A stretch of DNA of 20,000 nucleotides from an uncultured virus (IMG/VR IMGVR_UViG_3300042090_002752) (lineage: Duplodnaviria; Heunggongvirae; Uroviricota; Caudoviricetes), in IMG/VR virus record IMGVR_UViG_3300042090_002752; one strand, given 5' to 3'. Below the pieces are notes generated by a model. It had not been told where the DNA came from and searched no databases. It saw only the letters and a list, made by a program, of their open reading frames with translations. Shown here one piece after another: positions 9,206 through 16,243 of the stretch. A program made the translations under genes and the position numbers. Numbering within the stretch: the first letter of the stretch is position 1; each line of letters opens with the position of its first letter.

Positions 9206-9555
9206 GACCGCCCTCCGCGCTTCGGTGCCCCCAGCTCCACCTCCATCGACAGCGGCAGGCCATGGCGGACCTCGAGTATCCGGATTTCACCCACATCCAC
9301 GCTGCGGGTGTACTCGAAGAATTCGGCCACCTGGCTTTTCAGTTCGTACTCGGCAGGACGAAATGGGCGGCCGCGGCTCCCTTCCACGCTGAACTTCACA
9401 TCGCGCACGGCCACCGGCCACGGGTCGAGAACGAGCTGGCCATCTTGGATCTGGAGAAACTCAAAACGGCCAAAGGCCATGTCCCGCATGGCGGCGAGAA
9501 AACGATGTTCAGACGGCGAGAGGTCTCCGGCAAAGCCCGGCTTGGGCGCACTCAT
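9202..9555 (-). CDS. Hypothetical protein (117 aa)
   Basis: Start moved from 9714 to the ATG at 9555 (ATGA overlap with the HTH gene stop, GGAGG RBS); its own stop overlaps the sigma start. Globular-looking sequence (FGRFEFLQIQDG...IRILEVRHGLP). Confidence 0.75.
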   Translation of the reverse strand: MSAPKPGFAGDLSPSEHRFLAAMRDMAFGRFEFLQIQDGQLVLDPWPVAVRDVKFSVEGSRGRPFRPAEYELKSQVAEFFEYTRSVDVGEIRILEVRHGLPLSMEVELGAPKRGGRS

Positions 9556-9803
9556 TGCCCGGCCTCCGGTGTCAATTCTCCGCCGCTCGGCCGTGTCGCC
9601 AGCCAGCCGCGGATGTCTTCCAGGCGATAGCGGACCGCCGCGCCAACCTTGATGTAGCGGGGGCCTTGATTCAGCAGGCGCCAGCGGCGAATCGCCGCCA
9701 CACTGAGCCCGCAAATTTCGGCTACTTCAGCTTCGGCAAGCAGCGGCTCCACCAATTGGCTAGCCGCTGCGATGGATTGTTTGTTGGGTCGAGTTGCAGC
9801 CAC
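9552..9803 (-). CDS. Excisionase/AlpA-type (HTH_17) DNA-binding protein
   Basis: LLAEAEVAEICGLSVAAIRRWR...GPRYIKVGAAVRYRLEDIRGWL; first gene of the replication operon; GTG start without an obvious RBS. Confidence 0.88.
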   Translation of the reverse strand: MAATRPNKQSIAAASQLVEPLLAEAEVAEICGLSVAAIRRWRLLNQGPRYIKVGAAVRYRLEDIRGWLATRPSGGELTPEAGQ

Positions 9804-9834
9804 GGAATGAGCTTCGCCGATGGCTGCGGTAAGA

Positions 9835-9927
9835 GGTCAAGGTAGGAAATGAGGTAGGAAGGGTAGGAAAATCTCGGCCGGAAAAGCCGCCTTAGGGTAG
9901 GGAAAGGTAGGAAGGGAATTCCTACCT
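9835..9927 (-). promoter_or_regulatory. Putative operator cluster and -35 element of the replication operon
   Basis: On the plus strand GGTAGGAA occurs at 9841, 9853, 9862 and 9906, a variant GGTAGGGAA at 9896, and an inverted TTCCTACC at 9919. Minus-strand TTGACC at 9840-9835 abuts the nearest copy. Confidence 0.65.
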
Positions 9928-10015
9928 CCGCGTTTCAAGGAGTTGCCGAAGCCGCAGTCATCAACCGTGCACTAACACCACGGAGCTTCCAACGAACGAG
10001 AAACGCCGCGAGTGG

Positions 10016-11383
10016 TCAATGAGCTGGCACCGAGTGTCTCCTGATGGTCGGCCGCTTGATCTCTATTTCATTGGTTTCGCCCTGGTACCTGCGCGTCTTC
10101 GCCAACTCCTCAGAGGCTGTCTGGTTCCTCGGGTCAAGGTCTATCGCCTTCTGGAACATGGCGATCGCTTTCTTATAGTCTTGTTGCTTTCGAAGAGCCA
10201 AGCCGAGGTAGAGATAGGCCTTTGAGTTCTTTGGATCTAGTTCTATCGCCTTGTCGAGTTCAATGATCGCGTCTTCCAGTTTTCCCTTGCCCAAGACTGC
10301 CATTCCCAAGCTAAGTTGAGCCACTGAGTAACTCGGATCTAATTTGAGCGCCTCCCTGAACTTGGCGATGGCATCATCGAACTTCTCCTTCTCGGCCAAC
10401 GCAGCGCCCCAGCCAACATACGATTGCGGGTCCTTCGGATCCAATCTCGTCGCCATCTGGTGTTTTGCGATGGCCTCCTCGAAACGCCCCTCGATGCCGA
10501 GGACATTACCCCAGTTGTTGTATGCTTTCACATTCGATGGATTTAGCTCTATCGCCTTCTGGTAGTTTGCTTTCGCCTCTTTCCAATTCCTCTGATCGTT
10601 GTTTACATTGCCCAAGAGGTTGTACGCCGCAGAACGCTGGACTGGGCCTTGGTCCGGATCCCTTATGATCACCCGGGCGAGTTCGATCGATTGCTCATAC
10701 TGCTGGGTCTGACGTCGATACACCGCAAGGACGTAAGGGTTGGCTTGTCTCAGGGCCTCCTCCGCGGCCCGCTGAATCAATGAGTTGAGGTCTCCCAGCA
10801 GCCCTTCAACAGTGGCAGGCTGGCTAGGATTCCATCCATGCGAAACGTAGATGGTAATCCGGGCAATACGGCTCTCAGGATTAGGGCTGGGGGATGTGTC
10901 CAAGACAATATCGCCCTCGATATGCCTGACCGGTCTCTTGAAAAGAGCCTGAAGCAGCCTGACAGGCTCCGCGGTAAACACGCCACCTACATGGACCTCC
11001 TCGATGGGCATGGAGTCAACGTCGCGCTTCTGCGCCACGCTGTCTTTCTTCATCTTGGTTCGCGTCTGCTCTTCGATGCGGCGGATTGCATCGCCGATCC
11101 GGCTAGCAACCACGTCGCCGTACAGTCCTCGGTCTTGCAAGATCTTCGGAGCGTCGAAGGGATCAACGATTAGGGCATCTCGAGTGACTTCCACGTAGAG
11201 ATACCGCGCCACCGCCAGCATAGCTATGAAGATCAACACTCGAATTATGATCTTGAGCCATTCCCACGCGATCTCCGGGATCGAGCGCATTCGCATTACC
11301 AAGTGCTTGGCGGGTGCGTTAGGTCGGTGGTCAGGGTTGTGGTGAGGATGGTGGTAATGAGGCTGATGAGAATTAAGTTTCAT
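10016..11383 (-). CDS. Membrane-anchored tetratricopeptide-repeat protein
   Basis: His-rich N-terminus, hydrophobic segment (IIIRVLIFIAMLAVARYLY), alpha/beta-looking middle region, then about five to six 34-aa repeats ending in ..KAIELNP / LDP. Start codon uncertain. Confidence 0.88.
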   Translation of the reverse strand: MKLNSHQPHYHHPHHNPDHRPNAPAKHLVMRMRSIPEIAWEWLKIIIRVLIFIAMLAVARYLYVEVTRDALIVDPFDAPKILQDRGLYGDVVASRIGDAIRRIEEQTRTKMKKDSVAQKRDVDSMPIEEVHVGGVFTAEPVRLLQALFKRPVRHIEGDIVLDTSPSPNPESRIARITIYVSHGWNPSQPATVEGLLGDLNSLIQRAAEEALRQANPYVLAVYRRQTQQYEQSIELARVIIRDPDQGPVQRSAAYNLLGNVNNDQRNWKEAKANYQKAIELNPSNVKAYNNWGNVLGIEGRFEEAIAKHQMATRLDPKDPQSYVGWGAALAEKEKFDDAIAKFREALKLDPSYSVAQLSLGMAVLGKGKLEDAIIELDKAIELDPKNSKAYLYLGLALRKQQDYKKAIAMFQKAIDLDPRNQTASEELAKTRRYQGETNEIEIKRPTIRRHSVPAH

Positions 11384-11506
11384 CGTGAATCAGCCGGGAT
11401 TTCCATTTTCGGATTTCCAGAAGGGTTCAGTATACATTCATTTGGTCTGATTGGTGTTGCGTACCAGTTTGAATGAGAGTATAGCGCTGGGAGTGATGGT
11501 GTGGGG

Positions 11507-11666
11507 GACTGGGCTTCGAGGCTTGGCCTTCGCCTGGATATCAGCTTCTTCCCGGCCGAGGAGCACCGGGGGCCAGGCCGAGCGCAAGCGAGTTCAGCGG
11601 CTGAGCCTGGACGCCGGCCGCGGTTCGGCCGTAGGGATGATGCTCCAGGCGAAGGTCGGCTCAGTC
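11507..11666. other. Intergenic multi-branch inverted-repeat structure (candidate ncRNA or mobile-element end)
   Basis: Perfect 12-bp stem CCTTCGCCTGGA (11527-11538) / TCCAGGCGAAGG (11644-11655), extended by G-U pairs and enclosing three hairpins. Confidence 0.5.
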
Positions 11667-11698
11667 GGTCTAGCACGCTGTCCCAGTCATAACGTTAC

Positions 11699-11845
11699 TA
11701 CGCGTGATCCGTCAAATGATGTCCAATAATCATGAGACGGAGACATTGTGTGCTGTGCGTGACCAAGGAGCAACGGGAGGAATTGAACAAGTGGGCGGCA
11801 TCCCGCACGCTGCCCGCGGGTGACGTGTTTCGGGCACGGCTGATC
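11699..11845 (+). pseudogene. IS630-family left-end remnant with truncated transposase
   Basis: The first 38 codons from ATG 11732 (VTKEQREELNKWAASRTLPAGDVFRARLI) match the IS630 N-terminal pattern; similarity then stops abruptly. A TA dinucleotide at 11699 is the possible left end. Confidence 0.7.
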
Positions 11846-11888
11846 CCGGCAAGCTCGGCCATCCATACACGACGACCGAGGGCTGGCT

Positions 11889-12722
11889 TCACCCGCCCGA
11901 TACCTCCGCGGGCATCGCTCCGTTGGCCACCAGCGGGGTCTCTCCGGAAAGCACGCTTTCGATTCGCTGTGACATCACGGACTCTACACCGAGCGTCCCG
12001 CGCCGCCAGCGTTGCATGTCGGGCTTGTAGATCTCAGCAGCTTCGCACACCGCTGCAATTGTGGCGTCGTTCGCGGTGAGAAATGCCTGCAGCCGTGCTT
12101 CGCGCTGCGGCGCAAGTTCATGCGCGCTGCAATCCTGGACGGATACTTCGGCAGCGATTGCGCCTGGATCACCAATTGGAGGGCCGGTGTGCTCCTGCGC
12201 GGGCGCCGCCGACACCTCAATATTTAGATTGGCCGCGTGGCGTTGCCACGCCTCCAGGTCCAGCCGAGCTACTTCGCCGGCCACTTCGGTTCGCACCAAC
12301 TGGTGGAAGTCCGCTACAGCCTGGTCGATCTTCCCTGCCGACAGCGAGTCGTAAGGTTGCAGTTTCCGTTGATAGGTCCGGTCTGCCACGATCCAGGCGC
12401 ATTCCCTCAGGAAATCCTCGAACTCGGCTGCCTGGCGGATCTCGCCCAGCGCGGCCTCGCCATAGGCGGGGATGATCTTGGCGGCGTAGCGCACTCCAGC
12501 CTGCCAGTGGGGCGGGACGATAGCGGCTATGCGAGATGGGTGGCAGTCTCCGAGCCCGTCCATCCAGTTGCGCCAGTTGGCTGTAACCTCTCGCGATCGA
12601 AATTCCACTTCCGCCCTTGCGCGCGCTATCTGCACGGCGGCTGATGACGACAGAGATCGCATGCGCGCCTCGGTTGCGTCTCTAGGTGTCTGGAAGAAGC
12701 TGACGTACCCACCAGTGTCCAT
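11889..12722 (-). CDS. Hypothetical protein with probable C-terminal Cro/XRE-like HTH
   Basis: 277 aa, GAGG RBS; the C-terminal RLQAFLTANDATIAAVCEAAEIYKPDMQRWRRG...SQRIESVL resembles an XRE-type HTH after a low-complexity linker. Confidence 0.65.
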   Translation of the reverse strand: MDTGGYVSFFQTPRDATEARMRSLSSSAAVQIARARAEVEFRSREVTANWRNWMDGLGDCHPSRIAAIVPPHWQAGVRYAAKIIPAYGEAALGEIRQAAEFEDFLRECAWIVADRTYQRKLQPYDSLSAGKIDQAVADFHQLVRTEVAGEVARLDLEAWQRHAANLNIEVSAAPAQEHTGPPIGDPGAIAAEVSVQDCSAHELAPQREARLQAFLTANDATIAAVCEAAEIYKPDMQRWRRGTLGVESVMSQRIESVLSGETPLVANGAMPAEVSGG

Positions 12723-12777
12723 AACCTCAACCTACCCCACTACCGGGCGGCGAACAAGAGACGAACTCGATCTCCAC

Positions 12778-12805
12778 AGGGTATCTTCTTCATATGGCTT
12801 AACAA
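12778..12805 (-). promoter_or_regulatory. Possible sigma70 promoter for the HTH gene
   Basis: Minus strand TTGTTA-N16-TACCCT in an AT-rich intergenic stretch; weak match. Confidence 0.3.
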
Positions 12806-12818
12806 AAGAGTTTTCGGT

Positions 12819-13292
12819 CTAAGTAGCTGTGTATTTCTGGGCAAATTGACCCGCCTGATCTATTGATACTAAAGGTATTGCATCATTCTTGGGCTCCGCG
12901 AGTAGGTTGCGCCACATTCGTCTCTGCACCTCCCAATCAACCTGACCGGCCAGCTTTCGCAGCCCGCGCTCAGGGGGTAGGAAGCCAGAAGGAAACAGTA
13001 ACTGTTCCTGGATGTCTGGTGCCAGATTCGAGAGATTCATCACCTGCGTCATCCGGGCCCGGGTGACGTAACCCAGCCTGGCGATGTCGGCATAGTCGCG
13101 GAGTTCCCCGCAATCCACCAGCCCCTGATACTTGACTGCGAGCGCCATCAACCGGGTGACCCTCTGCGTCCGTGGGGATGCTGCTGGCCGTGCCACCTCT
13201 CCCGAGCCCACCTTACCGCCCGACCGCCTGGGCAGATCAAGCGTGATCTCGACTTCCATCGGCGGTACGTTGGGCTTTGAATTGCGCTTCAT
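12819..13292 (-). CDS. Recombinase-associated HTH-like accessory protein (157 aa)
   Basis: RLMALAVKYQGLVDCGELRDYADIARLGYVTRARMTQVMNLSNLAPDIQEQLL is a pattern I recognise downstream of DUF2924-linked serine recombinases. Start moved to the ATG at 13292 (ATGA overlap with the recombinase stop). Confidence 0.78.
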   Translation of the reverse strand: MKRNSKPNVPPMEVEITLDLPRRSGGKVGSGEVARPAASPRTQRVTRLMALAVKYQGLVDCGELRDYADIARLGYVTRARMTQVMNLSNLAPDIQEQLLFPSGFLPPERGLRKLAGQVDWEVQRRMWRNLLAEPKNDAIPLVSIDQAGQFAQKYTAT

Positions 13293-14878
13293 TCGACCGT
13301 CCATCCCGAACACAATTCCCGCATGCCCTGCGATCGGAACGCCACGGTGACCTTGCCCGTGCGGCCGTCGTAGCCGACCCGCTCGACCAGCAGGTTCACC
13401 ATCCGTGTTTGTTGGTGCGTCCGCAGTGAGTTCCACACTGGTTCGAACCGTTCGAGCGCGGACAGAACATCAGCTTCATCAAGCGGATCATCCTCCAATA
13501 CTTCGAGTTCGGCCCGCAGCGTGACGAGACGGTCCTCGATGGCCTGAACCTCTTTGTGCAATTCGACGAGCCGGTCGAATCGCGCCGCCGCACCATCATC
13601 AGTGCCACCCATCGTTGCGGCGCAGGCCATCTCCGCGTTCAGCCGCCGGAGTTGTAACTGGCCTGCCGCTTCGTCGTTCCGCAGTTGCTCGGTTCTGGCC
13701 GCAACTTGAGCCCGCGCATGTTCCACCGTTCTGCGGGCAATCTCGGGATCGCTGCCCAGCCGACGGATGCTTTCGATGACCGCCGCTTCAATCGCGTGCG
13801 CGGCGACCGATTTGGTCTCGCACGTGTTCCAGCCCCGCTGCTGCGCGTTTAGGCAGACGTAGTATCGGTAGCGTTTCGCTCCGCGCATCGTATACGTGGG
13901 GATCATCGGGGTGCCACAAGGAACGCAGAACACGAGCCCGTGGAGCAGTGCGCCGTACTTGTTGCGCGTCCGGTCGCGGCCGGCGGCGCCGTTGCGGCCG
14001 AGGAGCTTCTGAACGTGCTCCCAGGTTTTCGCGTCAATGATGCCGTCCTGCTCGCCCTCGTAGATAGTTCCCTTGTGGTTGATCTTCCCGGCGTAGACCA
14101 CGTTGGTCAGCAAGCCGTACAAACGACTCTTGGTGAAAGGCTTGCCACCATGTGCACGCCCCTCGGCTGACCGCCAGCTCTTGGTGCGCCAGTCGCGTTG
14201 CCGGAGTTTCTCGACCACCGCGATGGCGGCCTGATGCTCGATGTAGAGATCGAAGATGGCCCGCACGCGCGTAGCCTCCTCGGCGTTGACGATCAGGCGG
14301 CCGCCGCGCGGGTCAATATCGTAGCCAAGGATAGGATGTCCTCCGATCCATTTGCCTTTCTTCCTGGCCGCCGATTGTTTGTCGCGGGTGCGCTCGGAGA
14401 TGATCTCGCGCTCAAACTGTGCGAAGGACAAAAGGATGTTCAGCGTCAGCCGCCCCAGCGAGTTGGTCGTATTGAACTGCTGGGTGACGGACACGAAGCT
14501 AGCGCCGCGCTTGTCAAAGACCTCGATGATTCGCGCAAAGTCCATGAGAGACCGGCTAAGTCGGTCGACTTTGTAGACGACCACGCAGTCCACCTTGTCG
14601 GCCTCGATATCCCCAAGTAGTTTCTTCAGCGCCGGCCGCTCCATGTTGGCACCGGTGTAGCCGCCGTCGTCATAACGGTCCGTGAGCAACTGCCAGCCTT
14701 CGTGACGCTGGCTCAGGATGTATGCCTCGCCCGCCTCGCGCTGCGCGTCGAGCGAATTGAACTCCTGCTGGAGGCCTTCGTCAGTGGACTTCCGTGTGTA
14801 GATCGCGCAACGGATCGGCTTTGCGACGGGTGCCGCGACGTTGCCGTTTGCCTTGCCACTACCGTTTCTCGTTGCCAT
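13289..14878 (-). CDS. Large serine recombinase (resolvase + recombinase + Zn-ribbon/coiled-coil), 529 aa
   Basis: Catalytic IYTRKST, DGGYTG...ERPAL, VYKVDRLSRS, FAQFEREIISERT, GGHPILGY, CVPCG...YYVC...C. Start set at ATG 14878 with a GGGGAG RBS. Confidence 0.96.
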   Translation of the reverse strand: MATRNGSGKANGNVAAPVAKPIRCAIYTRKSTDEGLQQEFNSLDAQREAGEAYILSQRHEGWQLLTDRYDDGGYTGANMERPALKKLLGDIEADKVDCVVVYKVDRLSRSLMDFARIIEVFDKRGASFVSVTQQFNTTNSLGRLTLNILLSFAQFEREIISERTRDKQSAARKKGKWIGGHPILGYDIDPRGGRLIVNAEEATRVRAIFDLYIEHQAAIAVVEKLRQRDWRTKSWRSAEGRAHGGKPFTKSRLYGLLTNVVYAGKINHKGTIYEGEQDGIIDAKTWEHVQKLLGRNGAAGRDRTRNKYGALLHGLVFCVPCGTPMIPTYTMRGAKRYRYYVCLNAQQRGWNTCETKSVAAHAIEAAVIESIRRLGSDPEIARRTVEHARAQVAARTEQLRNDEAAGQLQLRRLNAEMACAATMGGTDDGAAARFDRLVELHKEVQAIEDRLVTLRAELEVLEDDPLDEADVLSALERFEPVWNSLRTHQQTRMVNLLVERVGYDGRTGKVTVAFRSQGMRELCSGWTVE

Positions 14879-15368
14879 TGGCGCTCCCCACGGGCATATG
14901 GAAAAAGAGGTAGCCATTCCACTTGGTCCCGGTGATCTCCTTCGCGATTGCGCTCAGCGATCGGTACCGCTGGCCGTTGTAGTTGAACCCGTCCTCGCAG
15001 ACCTTTACGATGATCGTCTGCCCTTTGTACTCGCGCTCGAGCACCGTGCCTGGAAGAGGGCGCCGCGGATCCGCGTCCGGCGTGATCTTGTCCTGCGCGC
15101 ACCGCCCGCCGGCCGCCTCGAAGTCGAATCCCTTCGGCGCTCGAATCCGCAGGTCGGAGTCATTGGCGATCTCGAGGGCACGCCGGCGCGCTCGCTCCGA
15201 CAGACCGCCCTCGGCGTTGGCCTGGAGCCGCCAGGCGATGCGCCGGAACAGAAACTGTTTATGGTTGGACCGCGACTCCTCGCCAAACACTTCGCGGTAC
15301 CGCCCGCGCAACTCCCGTACTGTCATCCGCCGGAGCGCTTCAATCTGCGCACGAACTTGAATCTGCAA
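14859..15368 (-). CDS. DUF2924 domain protein (169 aa)
   Basis: LRRMTVRELRGRYREVFG...RRIAWRLQ...GGLS and PGTVLEREYKG...YRSLSAIAKEITGTKWNGYLFF. Start set at TTG 15368 with an AAGGAG RBS. Confidence 0.9.
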   Translation of the reverse strand: MQIQVRAQIEALRRMTVRELRGRYREVFGEESRSNHKQFLFRRIAWRLQANAEGGLSERARRRALEIANDSDLRIRAPKGFDFEAAGGRCAQDKITPDADPRRPLPGTVLEREYKGQTIIVKVCEDGFNYNGQRYRSLSAIAKEITGTKWNGYLFFHMPVGSANGNEKR

Positions 15369-15537
15369 ACCCTTCTCCTTTCTCGGAGGCGTTAACCTCA
15401 TGTCCATGAGGGCTCGCTTCGGCGGTCGTATCAACTGGCTCTTGGCGGCGGTTTGTGCGGTACCGGAGGTAGCCGTCGGCCAGGATCGTGGCGACGCTGT
15501 CCAGGTCTTCCAGCAACTCTTCATCGCAGATGTTCAC
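15340..15537 (-). CDS. Small hypothetical leader protein of the DUF2924-recombinase operon (65 aa)
   Basis: GGGAG RBS before the GTG; VATILADGYLR resembles small ORFs that precede DUF2924; overlaps the DUF2924 start. Confidence 0.6.
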   Translation of the reverse strand: MNICDEELLEDLDSVATILADGYLRYRTNRRQEPVDTTAEASPHGHEVNASEKGEGFADSSSCAD

Positions 15538-15563
15538 GCGTCATCTCCCTGGCGGGAGCCGCG

Positions 15564-15889
15564 CGGCGAATGGCTGTAGGAGTCGGCCGAAGTGGAACAC
15601 GGAGAGGCAATGCAATACTGTGTCCCGGCATTCTGGCCGGCGCCCACAGCGATGTCCGCCTCGCGGTAGTCCCGCTGTCTGGTGAATTCGGGGCGGCTAA
15701 TTACGTCCCCATTAGAAATATGTGCGAAGCGTTCGAAAAACGTCCGGTTGCAGACCAATCCGAGTGACGGTGTTAACCGCGCGGACGTTCTCCGGCACGC
15801 AGCGGAGAGTTTTCGTGGAAAAGGGCGTCTCGCAGCCGGCTCAGCAGACTCACCCGAATTCTCCACTACGGAGCATGCGACTCTCGCCG
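15564..15889. ncRNA. Candidate large structured RNA / leader upstream of the recombinase operon
   Basis: Four nested long-range helices share a nearly contiguous 3' strand (15853-15889), with several internal hairpins; no convincing CDS in the interval. Confidence 0.5.
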
Positions 15890-15996
15890 ACCTGTAAGTG
15901 CTTGGCTATGTTGAGGAAAGGACGCCGCGTTCAGGCGGGCAGGGAAAGGGCGATGAAGTTAACAGGCGGGGAAAACAAATTCGGGTAGAAATGAAT

Positions 15997-16008
15997 TGGC
16001 TCCCCGAG
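15997..16008 (-). other. tRNA-Asn-like 3' end fragment; putative att site / island boundary
   Basis: Minus strand reads CTCGGGGAGCCA, like the acceptor 3' strand + G discriminator + CCA of tRNA-Asn. It lies between the integration module and an unrelated gene pair. An IHF-like TAAGTGCTTG is at 15895-15904. Confidence 0.4.
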
Positions 16009-16243
16009 AGGAACCCTGGTACGAACAGGCGTTTGGAGAAACCGAAGGACACCGATTTCTCCGTCCTGTTAACCGCTCGGGGAGATTTCGTAAGCGCGAA
16101 CTCCCACTTGATATTCGGCTTTCAAAGAGCCCGATGGACCGAACAATCATACATCAGGCACTCTCTGACAAAAGTGACAGAGCCGGGACAGCGCCGCAGC
16201 CAATCAATCTCGATCTGACGGCTTCGAGGAAATCCGCGCGGGC

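Larger units (their letters stand above)
1..16008 (-). mobile_element. Serine-recombinase-integrated prophage-like or ICE-like element (left end outside the window)
   Basis: Integrase module, excisionase-type HTH, phage-type recombination/replication operon and a putative att fragment. No structural or conjugation genes are visible here, so the class is unresolved. Confidence 0.75.

Noticed and set aside
9930..10006. Hairpins downstream of the TPR gene (GCGTTTC/GAAACGC, CCGTG/CACGG) as a terminator
   Set aside because: Short stems, large loops and no U-tract on the minus strand.
11576..11630. Integron attC-like motifs on the minus strand (GCCGAAC...GCCGCTGAACTC...GCTCGGC)
   Set aside because: The R' box lacks GTT, there is no complementary L'' box, and no cassette array or IntI is present.
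12976..12983. Isolated extra GGTAGGAA copy
   Set aside because: A single 8-mer inside a coding region (FLP codons on the minus strand); compatible with chance.
15990..16090. Intact tRNA gene
   Set aside because: Only acceptor-like and anticodon-loop-like pieces; no D-arm or properly placed T-arm on either strand.
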